Of a stretch of 64,000 nt of DNA, positions 1 through 11,705 are shown one piece after another. A model generated the notes under the pieces. The model did no database searches. It was not told where the DNA came from and saw only the letters and a list, made by a program, of their open reading frames with translations. Origin of the DNA: Histomonas meleagridis 2922-C6/04-290x (lineage: Eukaryota > Protista > Parabasalia). The translations under genes and the position numbers were made by a program. Location of the stretch: contig JAANOX010000069.1 of assembly GCA_020184695.1 (NCBI GenBank), forward strand, positions 318,668 to 382,667, read 5' to 3'. Each line of letters begins with the position of its first letter. Positions within the stretch are counted from its first letter, which is position 1.

Positions 1-1081
1 GATTCCCTTGCAAAAAATGAAAAACGAGAAATAGATTTCCTTGTTCAGCCGAATAATTAATGAATGATTCATCTATTTTCATTTTTTTTTCTTCGAAAAA
101 TGAAAGAATTTCAAAGTTATTGTACCAAATACATTTTTTCCCGTTTGCATTTAGTTTTTCTTTCTTTTCAAGCTTATTCTGGAAAATATAATGAACAACA
201 TCATTATGATGAAATTTAATTGCTGCTTCATATCCTCCTTTGAATGATGAATGATTTTGTTCACATAAATGAATAGTTTCAATATTTCCACTTGCAATTG
301 CATATTTACCTGTGTTAGTTACATCTGCGCCATTCATAAGTAAAAATTTAAAACATTTAACTGAACCAAAAAATGCTGCATAATCAATTAATGTAGCATT
401 CCATTGATCAATGAATGAATTTCTTTCATAAAATGATGGTTCAATAGTTTGATTAAAATTAAAATTTGTTTGTGATGATATTTCTTGAAGTTTTTCTATT
501 TCGTCATTTCGTATTACTTTTGCAATTTCATTTGGATTATGTCCTTCTTTAACATATTTCTTATGAAGTTCAAAATCATTCTTGAATAACTCTTCATATT
601 CAGAGAAAGATAAACCATAGCCAGGAAAATTCTTCATCTGATCTATTTTTTCATCATTAAGATAATGCGCAAAATAAAGTTTAGGATATTTAATAACATC
701 ATCTGGATTAACTAATTTCTTGGTAATTAACCTTTCACATAGAAAATCGGCTTCACGTGATGAGTTATCACAAAGAATTTGAGAAAACATTTTTATTAAA
801 TCGATACTATATTTGTTTTCTTCTATTTCCTTTGCTTCAATTTTTTTCAAATAATGAAAATATACATCATCATCATCAAATCTAGTATAAATAGCATTTT
901 TAATTATATTGCATAATACAAAGTTAAAAGAATATGGAAACTTTGAATCAAAAAGATTCATTGTACCTCGAACAGATTCTTCAATATTATATTGGTTTAA
1001 ATTAAAAACAATTTTTTGAATGGAAATTAAATATTGAAGATATTTTTTATCTTGAACATCGATAGTTTTATTTTTCTTCAT
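1..1081 (-). CDS. DUF3447-type ankyrin family protein, 5' part (runs off window edge)
   Basis: Hand translation from ATG at 1081 is open for 360 codons to position 1 (absent from the ORF track because it has no stop in the window). Contains the family motifs EGHNPNEIAKVIRNDEIEKLQEIS, LIDYAAFFGSVKCFKFLLMNGA and GKYAIASGNIE shared with five paralogs here. Confidence 0.9.
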   Translation of the reverse strand, partial: MKKNKTIDVQDKKYLQYLISIQKIVFNLNQYNIEESVRGTMNLFDSKFPYSFNFVLCNIIKNAIYTRFDDDDVYFHYLKKIEAKEIEENKYSIDLIKMFSQILCDNSSREADFLCERLITKKLVNPDDVIKYPKLYFAHYLNDEKIDQMKNFPGYGLSFSEYEELFKNDFELHKKYVKEGHNPNEIAKVIRNDEIEKLQEISSQTNFNFNQTIEPSFYERNSFIDQWNATLIDYAAFFGSVKCFKFLLMNGADVTNTGKYAIASGNIETIHLCEQNHSSFKGGYEAAIKFHHNDVVHYIFQNKLEKKEKLNANGKKCIWYNNFEILSFFEEKKMKIDESFINYSAEQGNLFLVFHFLQGN

Positions 1082-1240
1082 GATGTTTGTTGAACCAAGG
1101 CCATATCAACCATTCAAAATTTCACTATTGCCGATAAAAATTTCAAAACCCTATTTCAGAATATTTTCAGTATTATGTTCACATTAAAATGTGGAAATAC
1201 AAAATCAATTAATCTTTTTTTTAATGAAACAAAAAAAAGT

Positions 1241-3165
1241 TTATATGTCAACTTTATTTATCGAATTATCTTCTTTAAAATCTTTAGCAAATGGATCTTC
1301 TTCAATATTTGTTCCTGTCATACCAACTAAATAAATATCTTCAGATTGATTTTCATGGAAACTTTCTGTTTGAACTACTTCATTATTGAATTTGTTACGC
1401 CTATGAATATATATTAATAAAACAATAATAATTGAAATAATAATAATTGCTATCAAAACTCCAATGATAATATAAATATATGATTTATCATTTTCGCTTT
1501 GTTCAGTATTTTGTAAAATTGTAAAGAAATCCGAATAAAATGTATAATGTGTTGAATATATTAATATTGTATATTCATAATAAATAAATTGACTTACAAT
1601 ATGCGTACATATGGAATTATAATGTGTATATAAAAGTGTGCTCTTTAAATAGTTCTTAATAATGATAATGTTTGTGTATTTGAATATGTTAGAGTTAATA
1701 TAATAGAATATGAAATAGTTGTATCAAAATCAAGTGCTTCTGTATATGAATGTATATATGTATATGTATTTGATTTAGAGAACGTATTACTTTGAGAAAT
1801 TATACTTGCTTGTGTAAATGTATTACTTTGAGAAAATACAATTGATTTAGTAAATGTGTTACTTTGAGAAAATGTACTTGACTTATCAAATGTATTACTT
1901 TGTGTAAATGTACTTGACTTATCAAATGTGTTACTTTGTGTAAATGTACTTGACTTATCAAATGTATTACTTTGTGTAAATGTACTTGACTTATCAAATG
2001 TATTACTTTGTGTAAATGTACTTGACTTATCAAATGTATTACTTTGTGTAAATGTACTTGACTTATCAAATGTGTTACTTTGCGAAAATACATTTGATTG
2101 TGTAAATGTAGCTGTTGGTGGAATACATCTATCAATATTAATTTTGCTAATTTTAAGGTCTCCAAATGATTCACTTGAATATGAAGATGTTACTATAACT
2201 GTTTCTGCTAAAACGTCTAGAAATGCAGACACCTCAATATATGGCTCACTTTCCCCGAAATAATATATACATTTAAGTTGAACACATGCGCGAAATGCTT
2301 GATCCATAATCGTTACAACATTTTCTGGAATATAAACAGTTGTTAAACTTTTGCAAAAATAAAATGAAACATAACCTATTGATGTAATTGTATTTGGAAG
2401 CATTATTGAAACCATTTTACTACAGTTAAAAAATGTATAATTTTGAATTTCAGGAATATTTCCATAAATTTCAACTGTTTCTAAATTACTACATAACTGA
2501 AATGCAGTACGCCCAAGTGATGTAGCAGATTTTGGAATTGTGAAATTTTCTAAACTTGAACATCGATTAAATCCATAATTACCAATTGTCTTTAATTTTT
2601 GACCAATAATAACGATCTCTAAATTAAAACAATGCATAAATGAGCAATACGCAATAGTTTCAATATTTTCTCCAAGGTTAATAGTTGTTAAACTTGAACA
2701 TCTACAAAATGAATAATCATCAACCGATGTTATCGTGTTTGGAAGTAATATAGAATTCAATTTGCTACAATTATGAAATGTACCCATTGCAATTTGTGGA
2801 ATGTTTCCATATATTTTAACTGTTTCTAAATTAATGCATTTTCTAAATGCATATCTTCCAAGTGATTTAACTGAATTCGGAATTGTAATACTAATCAAAC
2901 TTTTACATTGAGAAAATGCATAACTATCAATTAATACAATTGTACCACTAAGTTGCAATGATAAAAGCGATTCCCATTGATAAAATGCGTAGGATGGTAT
3001 TGTGGTGATTCCATTTGAAATAATAACATTTTCAGCAGTATGATATCTTTGTATTTCTTCCTGAAGAATTTGGTCTCCATTATCTATTATAAGTGTTTTT
3101 GTATTTTCATTCCATATGTAAGAAAATGTTTGTGTAATAAAAATGAAAAATATAAATGGAAACAA
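1241..3165 (-). CDS. bspA: BspA-like (TpLRR/LRR_5) surface protein with S/T-rich stalk, TM helix and acidic cytoplasmic tail; one frameshift, no ATG at the expected start
   Basis: Repeated IPxxVTxIxxxAFxxCxxL units. A 1-nt shift near 1647 joins ORF 1645-3165 to ORF 1241-1456 (IYIIIGVLIAIIIISIIIVLLIYI TM, then EEDPF tail). The signal-peptide-like start is TTG, with an in-frame TGA upstream. Confidence 0.85.
1855..2095 (-). repeat. 36-nt coding tandem repeat (SNTFDKSSTFTQ), about 6-7 copies
   Basis: Unit ttactttgtgtaaatgtacttgacttatcaaatgta repeated in the BspA stalk. Confidence 0.95.
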
Positions 3166-3193
3166 ATATTTTGAAAGATAACGCTGTCAACCA

Positions 3194-3430
3194 AATAAAC
3201 GGTCGTTTCAAAACAAAATATTAATTTTTTTTTTATTTTTATCTGAATTAAATTTAGAGAAATTAAGAAAAAATTATTATATATATCAAATTTAATAAAA
3301 CTAATTTGGCTTAATTTTGTTATCATATTTTTTTAATGATCGATCTCAAAAATTTCAAAATGCTCATTTGGGCTAAAACAAAAGTTCAAATTTGAAATAT
3401 AAATAGAAATGAACTAAAGTTCAAAAGCCG
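3194..3430 (+). repeat. Dispersed repeat beginning AATAAACGGTCGTTT (related copies at 22613-22690 and 24678-24875)
   Basis: Visible alignment of taaacggtcgttt...aattaattttt...ctgaatt...ttttgttatc...aaaagttcaaatt across the copies. Confidence 0.7.
3197..3204 (-). promoter_or_regulatory. M3-like core promoter motif (GACCGTTT) about 35 bp upstream of BspA
   Basis: Matches the Trichomonas M3 (Myb-bound) consensus DRCSGYTD in sense orientation. Similar sense-oriented matches precede the genes at 31859 and 58131. It is also part of a dispersed repeat, so it may be incidental. Confidence 0.35.
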
Positions 3431-3595
3431 GCAATACGATAGATCTCTTTTACTTCAACAACGGACTTATCGTGATGGTTTCATTCATAATTCAATACTT
3501 TACACATTGCCGACTTTCGTCGAAAATTAAAATTGAATGTTATTCAGTTTTTTTTGAATAAATTCCAATTGCCTGTACTTCAGCGATGTGTACCA

Positions 3596-3795
3596 TCTTG
3601 GGTACTCTCCAAGCAAAAGGGAAAATTTGAATACCTTCCTCTCAAAAAGTGGAAATGCCTTTCAATTATGCGTGATTTTTTGAATAGCATTGAAAAATTT
3701 TCATTCAAAATATTTTTGTGAGAAAATATTCCTTCTCAAATTCGATTTCTATGTTCTACATTTTTTGACATAAAAATTTCTGAAAATTTATAAAT
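3596..3795 (+). mobile_element. Relic copy of the 3' end of the Tc1-like element at 14.2-15.6 kb
   Basis: Reverse complement of about 14205-14405 with high identity over about 190 bp. Confidence 0.85.
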
Positions 3796-5199
3796 TGCCA
3801 TTGTATTTTTTAAATAATTTTAAATTATTCGATATTTTCAATTTTAATATGACAAATATGCACTGACACGCAACATTCTCAGATATAATATATTTATCGA
3901 ACTCAATATTTATAATGATAATATATATTAAATTCGTTTCCGAAATTCGGTCATAGGTATACTGGGAAGATATAAGAACTAGCCATTAAAAATACATAAT
4001 ATATGCACATAATTGAGGATATTAATTAATATAAATATGAAATAATATTCATGATAAGTCAAGATAAATCATTTTTTTAAAAGTGACAAATATCACTTTT
4101 GTATGGTTTATTTTCGTCGGTGCGCCGATGGTAAACGATATGACCAATAGATGCAAGATAAATGAGCAATAAATAAACATATTTCTTGATCAATTCATTG
4201 CAAATAAAGTAAAAATTACCCAAAAATATCATTAATCATTATTTGAAATAAAAATATATGAGGAGGGGGGTGGGGGTAAAAAAAGAACGACCCTTTTATC
4301 TCGACTTCTATTCAATAAAAATTATTTTTAAATTATATCATATTTAAATATTCATTATTAAATCTAAATATGTGAGCATTATGTTCATCATGTCCAAATG
4401 CAATTGTTTTCAATCATTAAATTTTCTTTATAGACATTTAGAAATATTGCCAAATTGCATAATTATTGGTAGAGGAATGACATTAAATTCGATGAAGAAG
4501 TTATGTTTATATTAGATATTTTAAATATACTATTAGTTATAAAACCAATTTGTTACACTATCTATTGCATAATGCGAAGAATTGAGAATTTTCACCTTAT
4601 TTAGAATATTTATGTTCATTTTGATTAGTATTTGAAACTAATAATTTATCGTATTTCATAAAGAATATTGAAATATTATCAAGTTTTTTAAGCACAAAAT
4701 ATAATATCTTATATACTCAGTACCAAACAAATAAAGATCATGAAACTGGATTCTGCAATATATTTATTAATATATTACCACATATAAGTAAAAATGCAAA
4801 CGAATTAGATAAATCGAGAATAATAATAAGAGTAATTAAAGATTACATTAATATTTTATTTATTTTTAATATCATAATTTAAATTCCATTGAAAACAAAA
4901 AATCGGAAGATATAATCAAGAATAAAAAAAATGTATATAAATATCTACAACAAAGAACAAATATAAAATATTATATAACGAGTTAAATATTACTAAAATA
5001 CATCAGATAATGAGATAACTCATTATTATAATAATTAATACAATGAACAACACATGTGTTGATAATTTAATTTATTATTGTTGATGATGCGAAATCATTT
5101 ATTGTAAGTCAAAAAAAAAAAAAAAGATACAACAATTTTATGCAACAAATTATTATCAAAAACCAATTTATCACTGAAATGATTCATTAATAAATTATG

Positions 5200-6890
5200 A
5201 TTCATTATTGCATTAATGGAATAATCTTCTATTATAATAATTCCAAGAACAGTGAAACTATGGCAATAACAATTCCTGTAATTGCACTTGGATGAAGCTT
5301 TGTACCATTACTATGGCTCAATGGGCATACATCGCTTATTTTGTTACCCTTGGTAACATTGATCTCTGCAAAAAGTGCTTTTTAGAATATTCATTTGTTA
5401 CATAAATAGTTGGACTATCAAATGTTGTATTATAACACGATGGTTCATTCTTACCATAGAAGCAAACAATTTCAAGACTCATGCATGAACTAAAAGCATA
5501 GTTATCTATCACATTAATGTTCTCTGGAATGATAACTTTCTTAATGCTATTGCAATTGATAAATGCGCCTAATCCAATCGTTCTTACTGAGCTGGGAATA
5601 TCAATACTAGAAATCAAAGAACAACCTTCAAATGCATATTCTTGGATTGCTAATATGGTTTTTGGAATTACAACATCACCTGATTTTCCAGAAGGGCAAA
5701 ATATTAATTTAGTAATATTTTTTTTTATATACAATTCAGTCATTGTTATAATTGGAGTAATATACATTATTTAGTGAGATGGTTACAGATACTAAATTTG
5801 AAAAATTTTGAAATGCAAATAGACAAATTGAAACCACTGAGTCTGGAATATTGACATTTGTGGAACAAACATCCATAAAACTGGAAGTCTTGTAATACTG
5901 TGATTGAATTGGGAATACTTAAATTTGTCAACAAAGAACAATTAATGAACGAAAAGACACCAATTGATTTTACAGAATTGGGGATATTTATATTTGTAAT
6001 AAGAAAACAATCCTCAAATGCATAATCTTCAATTAATTGAACAGAACTAGGAATATTAACAATACCTTCTACTGCTGATGGACATAATATTACTTTTGAT
6101 ATGTTTTTATCATAAACAATTCCATCATTATTATAATTCGAATAGATTTCATTATTTTCAGAGATTTTAATTGCCTTTAATTTTGTGCATGCATCAAATG
6201 CAGATTCATTAATTAGGGAAACTGAAGAAGAAATTTCAATTTGCTCTAAATTTAAACACCTATAAAACGCAAATTCTTGAATTTTTTCAACAGAATCTGG
6301 AATTATAACTTTTGTTATCTGCCTGCAATCAGAAAAAGAGGAATATCCTATTGATTTTACAGAATTGGGGATATTTATATTTGTAATAAGAAAACAATCC
6401 TCAAATGCATAATCTTCAATTAATTGAACAGAACTAGGAATATTGACAATACCTTCTACTGCTGATGGACATAATATTACTTTTTGATATGTTTTTTTAT
6501 CATAAACAATTCCATCATTATTATAATTCGAATAGATTTCATTATTTTCAGAGATTTTTAATTGCCTTTAATTTTTGTGCATGCATCAAATGCAGATTCA
6601 TTAATTAAGGAAATTGATATAGGAATAATAAGCTGGTCCATAGAACAACCATAAAATGCATAATCTTTAATCGTTGTAACAGATTCACCGATTACTACAT
6701 TTGTTAATTTGCTCTGATTATAAAAAGCATGGCTATCAATCACAAATACATTGCTCCCAATTTGCAGTTTTGAAAAATGACCAATGGTTTCAATATCATC
6801 TCGTGTAATAGTTGAAACATTAAAGACTTTAAGAGTATCATTTTCGAGAATAAAGTTACAGCATGTGAAAATAGGAAGAAGGTAAAACAT
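5200..6890 (-). pseudogene. bspA: Second BspA-like LRR gene, multiply frameshifted, with internal duplication
   Basis: LRR_5 motifs in ORFs 6558-6890 and 5336-5767, and a TM-like AITGIVIAIVSLF near 5250-5290. Breaks fall in homopolymer runs. Confidence 0.75.
5964..6606. repeat. About 250-bp direct duplication (5964-6214 and 6351-6606)
   Basis: Near-identical blocks differing mainly in T-run lengths. Confidence 0.9.
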
Positions 6891-6991
6891 GTATAAAAAT
6901 AAATGCCATCTTTGGCAAATTTAAAATTCAATTGTTCAAATGTTTTTCTTGATCCCTATTATCATTGTTGCCAGACAATCAACAGAAAATA

Positions 6992-7336
6992 ATGAGGGAA
7001 AACAGTGCTAAGCCAGGACTTTTAGTTAATGTTAAAGGAGATCTTGATTTCAACGAATTAATAGATCAAATCAGCAAAATAGTAGGTTTCTTGCTAACAG
7101 CAAAAAATGAAATTCCAACAAATGGAGGTGGTAGATTTATTACAGGTGTTGATTCCGGTAATGTTTATGCATTTTATTACCATCCGTCAAAGAGACACAG
7201 AGTTTCATGTAGACCAGGACATGGCCAAAGAATTCAACCAAAAGATCCAGTATGGTTTGAGGCAAATGAATGGGCCTATGTTATTCTTAAATCAGCCTGG
7301 TATGGAGGTAATCGATGCTGGTATGATGATGAATAA
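6992..7336 (+). CDS. Lactococcin 972-family bacteriocin-like protein (114 aa)
   Basis: C-terminal GGG-F-G...V-A-YYHPSK-H...W-Y.....GN--WY pattern recalled from the Lcn972 family. Intact ORF from ATG 6992, with TCATT Inr-like motif upstream. Confidence 0.6.
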   Translation: MRENSAKPGLLVNVKGDLDFNELIDQISKIVGFLLTAKNEIPTNGGGRFITGVDSGNVYAFYYHPSKRHRVSCRPGHGQRIQPKDPVWFEANEWAYVILKSAWYGGNRCWYDDE

Positions 7337-7789
7337 ATCTAGATTAAGTGTAAGAACTTCAATCGATTTATTTTAGTTTTTAATAATTAAATAATTTTTT
7401 TAAATATATTTTTAAAAAATTTTAATATTATTTAATATTATTAAATGATTATATAATGTTTTATGTTATTACCATATAATAATATAGACAATTAAAAATA
7501 TATTATTCGATTTTTGATAAAAATGCCATTTTTTTGCTATGCCATTATAATCCAAAATTTCATCAAAATATTTGCATGTAGGAATATAACAGATTATTTT
7601 AAATTTTATATTGTTGATTTAAAACATTTGTTTTTTTCAGAATTATTCTAATATTGAATAAAAAATATTATTTTTGATATATTAATTATGGAATTGTATG
7701 AGAAAATAATATAATGATAGCCTAACATAAATTTATGTTATGTACATGCATAAAGCTTCATCAAATTTGTGTATTTTCACTTGTTTATT

Positions 7790-8270
7790 CATGCTTTTTC
7801 ATATTATCAAATGTTTTATCATGTTCATTCATGTTGTTCTATCTTATCTTGTGCTTATTCATGTTTTTTCTCATTATAAAACTTTTTTCATATTATCTCA
7901 TTTGTATTAATAATTTTTTATGTTTGTTCACATAATTTCATATTTATTCGTGTTATATAATGTTTATAAATTAATTTTGAATGTTATCTCATGATTTTCT
8001 ATGTTATCTCATGTTATATCATATTTATTAATGTTTTTTCATATTATCTCATGATTTAATATGTTGATTCATGTTTATTCATGTTTTCATTTTATCTGAT
8101 ATTTATTTATGCTTTTTATGTTATCTCATGTTTATTCATGGATATTCATGATTTTTCTTGTCATAAAATGTTTATTTATTAATTTTAATATTATCTCATG
8201 TTTGATTTGTTGTTCATTGTTTATTTTCAATGTATTATCTCCATGTTATTCATAATACATGTCATAATAA
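7790..8270. repeat. Degenerate 10-bp minisatellite (consensus about ATGTTWWYTC), about 45 units
   Basis: atgttatctc/atgtttattc/atgttttttc units in register every 10 nt. Smaller patches at about 13225-13330 and 13750-13870. Confidence 0.75.
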
Positions 8271-10128
8271 CATATAGTGAAATTTTTTATATTTTTCTAT
8301 GAATTGTGTGACATTTTACACTTAATAATTCCATGAAAATCCATTTTGTTTATCAATATCAATAGATTTCAAGTTATAACATTCGTCAAATGAAGTTCCA
8401 TCAATGAAAAATTACAGAATTAGATACTTATACTGTTGTTAATGCACTTTGTTCATTAAAAAGAAAGTTCTTCTATTTCTTAAACAGTATCCCCTATAAT
8501 TACTTATGTAAAATAATGATTAATAAATAGCAATTAATATGTATAATAATTTATCATTTTGTTATGTTTCATTATGTTCTCTTCATTTGATTTTGGTTTA
8601 TTATATATTGTATATAATAGAAAAAAGCAAATGAACAGGAAAACATATATATTTCATAAGAATATCAAATAACATATGAAAACACATTTGAACACCATAA
8701 ATAACATAAGAATATGAATATTTACATTCGTAAACATATTGACTATGTAATTTACAATATATTATGAGGCTTGTTTTTATTGTAAGCTTTGCCGAATAAT
8801 AACCCAATTTTTTGGGCAAGAAAAATAAATTATATATAAATAAAACTATAATATGCTGATGCATTAAATGTCAATATACATATTCTACATAATAAGATAA
8901 TATTTTAAAACTTTTTTCTTACTAACCAGAAATTAGGGTATTTAGATCAATTTATATTTACCCCCTATTCATATATCAATAATATATATTTCGATTTTTA
9001 TGAATATATAAATATCTTATTTTATCATAATATAATTGAATTTATATAAAACACCTTAAAGTTAATATTTAATAACTTTCATACTTTAAATATAACATTA
9101 GACTTTCATTTGTTATAATATAAATAAAAAACTTCTTTCTAACTTTCATCAATATTTCTCAAAATTCATTTGAATGTTGTACCATTTCATTTCTTCTAAC
9201 AACAGTTAATTTATATGGGATCAGCTTTCGAACATATTCCATATAGTACAAAGCATACTTGAAAACTTTTAAATATATTTTATGTATTGCCTAATATTTA
9301 AATAATATGTTTTTTGTACTTGCATATGAATATTTTGGAAGGATCTATGTAAATGACTCAATTAAGTTACTGTCGTCCATTTCATTAGTATATCGGAATA
9401 AGTATGATAAATTCACTTTTTTTGCATTTTTTACAAATCATTTTTAAATTTCTTATGCATATATAATTTTCTCTAACTAGATTATTTAATACTACATACA
9501 TGATTTTATATTCTAAATAAATGAGGATGAGATATTTAATTATAAAATTGACATAAATTCAACCATGATTTTTCAAATTTTCTCAATGAAAATTTTTGGT
9601 CATCACCAAAATTTCAAACAAATTTTTCATTATCAAATAAAAAGTTTAAAAAAACTTTAATTCTAGTTTATTAATACACACATCTTATATAATAAAAATA
9701 ATATTATTCAAAATATTATTTATTCATTTGATGTAGAGATATGTGAGTCAATTAAAATTGACCCTCATATATTTTTTGATATATATTAAAATCCATTCAT
9801 TCTATATTATGAAATTATATTATTAATTTTTTTATGAGCTAAATGTCTAGATATCAATGATCATAATTTATTCGATTACAAATATATTTAAACAAATTAT
9901 TTTTATAAAATTTAATTGGATTTAAATGAAATATATTATATTTGATTTATTGAGCTATTTATGAAATATTATATGAATTAATTGATTTTGCTGATTATAA
10001 TATTTTGATTATTATCGACTTAAACTAATAAATTAATTTTTCTTTTTATGTATACGCTTTTATTTATTATTCATATTAATAATAATTCAATATTGTATGC
10101 ATTATGCGTTTAATATTTATTTGTTATT

Positions 10129-11097
10129 ATGAATTACAATCAGCCTCAACAATTATCTTTCCCGTTTATCGATAATACTCTCTCTTATTTTTGGCTTTTT
10201 ACGAATGAAGACGCAGCTATTCAATTCGCATTACAGAATGGAGTTATTTATAATCAAATGATGTGTGAAGAATGTAATTTCGATATGCAGATCTACAGAG
10301 ATTCTTCAAAAGGATTTGGATACAAATGGATATGCACAAGATGCCACAAATCAAAAAGTATTTTTATATGGAAGTATTTTTACTCAGCAAAAATATCACT
10401 TTCTAAGATTTTTTATTTATTATATTGTTGGGTATATAAATATTCATGTAAAGATACTGCGAGAGAAGTAGGAGTGAGCAGAAACACAGTAACTTATTAT
10501 TTTACTTTATTTAGAAATGCATGTGATGCATATGTTTTATCTTTAGAAGGTCTTGTTGTTGGCGGTCCTGATAAAACTGTTCAAATAGATGAAACTTTAA
10601 TGTGTCGAAGAAAATATAATGTTGGACGATGTTTAAATCAAAGTGTGGATCTTTGGGGGAATTTGTGTGGAAGATAGACAATTCTTTTTGTCTTGTTGTA
10701 CCTGATCGAACAAGAGAAAACATTAGAAGAAGAAATTCGTAATAATATATTACCTGAAACAAAAATAATTTCTGAGTGCTGGAAAGCGTATGACTTTCCT
10801 GATGATGAGAATGATTACGAGCATGAAAATGTTAATCATTCATGTAATTTTTGTTGATCCTGAAACTAAAGCGCACACTCAAATGATAGAAAGACTTTGG
10901 AGGGAACTAAAAATTAATAAAAAGATATGAAGGAATCCCAGAAAATAAAGTCAATGAACATATATCAGAGTTCATGTGGAGATGGAATGTTATTCACAAT
11001 AAGGATCAAATGTTTAGGGCCGCCGTTCAATTAATTGCAGACACAAAGTTTACAAAAGTAATTGATTGCGATGAAGAAGAAGAAAAGTTGGAATAAG
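10129..11097 (+). mobile_element. Merlin/ISXO2(IS1595)-like DDE transposase, frameshifted
   Basis: CxxC..CxxC zinc finger, QIDET..RRKYNVGR, IISECWKAY, HENVNHS and HTQMIERLWRELK across frames. Confidence 0.85.
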
Positions 11098-11164
11098 TAA
11101 AAATTCATATCTTCGATTGTTATGATCATTTTTTATTTCTAGAAAATTGAGGATAGAAATATAA

Positions 11165-11705
11165 ATGATATTTTATTATGTTATTTAAATATCGATTTGT
11201 GAAGATTTATGTTACAAATTTCGAAATTTCGAAAATTTAATTTTTGAAAAATATGTATATATTATCTTTATTTGATGACATATTTTATTATATTATTTAA
11301 ATATTGATTTGTTTAAATTTTTTGTTACAAATTTCGAAATTTTGAAAATTTAATTTTTTAAAAATCTGTATATATTATCTTTATTTGATAACATATCTTG
11401 TTATATTGTTTAGATTTTGTTTTGTTTAAATTTTTTGTTACAAATTTCGAAATTTTTAAAAATTTAATTTTTTAAATATCTGTATATATTATCTTTATTT
11501 GATAACATATCTTGTTATATTGTTTAGATTTTGTTTTGTTTAAATTTTTTGTTACAAATTTCGAAATTTTGAAAATTTAATTTTTTAAAAATCTGTATAT
11601 ATTATCTTTATTTGATAACATATCTTGTTATATTGTTTAGATTTTGTTTTGTTTAAATTTTTTGTTACAAATTTCGAAATTTTGAAAATTTAATTTTCGA
11701 AAAAG
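11165..11705. repeat. About 113-bp tandem repeat, about 5 copies
   Basis: gttacaaatttcgaaattt recurs at 11211, 11324, 11437, 11551 and 11664. Confidence 0.9.

Noticed and set aside
1800-2263. Alternative-frame and antisense ORFs over the BspA repeat, and similar shadow ORFs over eIF4A, MutL, kinase, SLC12 and GBP
   Set aside because: By-products of repeats or codon bias on the real gene, with no independent motifs.
4261-4277. G-rich tract as a G-quadruplex
   Set aside because: Only two long G runs, isolated, with no supporting context.
8300-10100. Short AT-rich ORFs (e.g. 7735-7935, 8601-8864, 15970-16212, 16597-16788, 39151-39429, 61065-61304)
   Set aside because: Composition-driven, with no motifs and mostly non-ATG starts.
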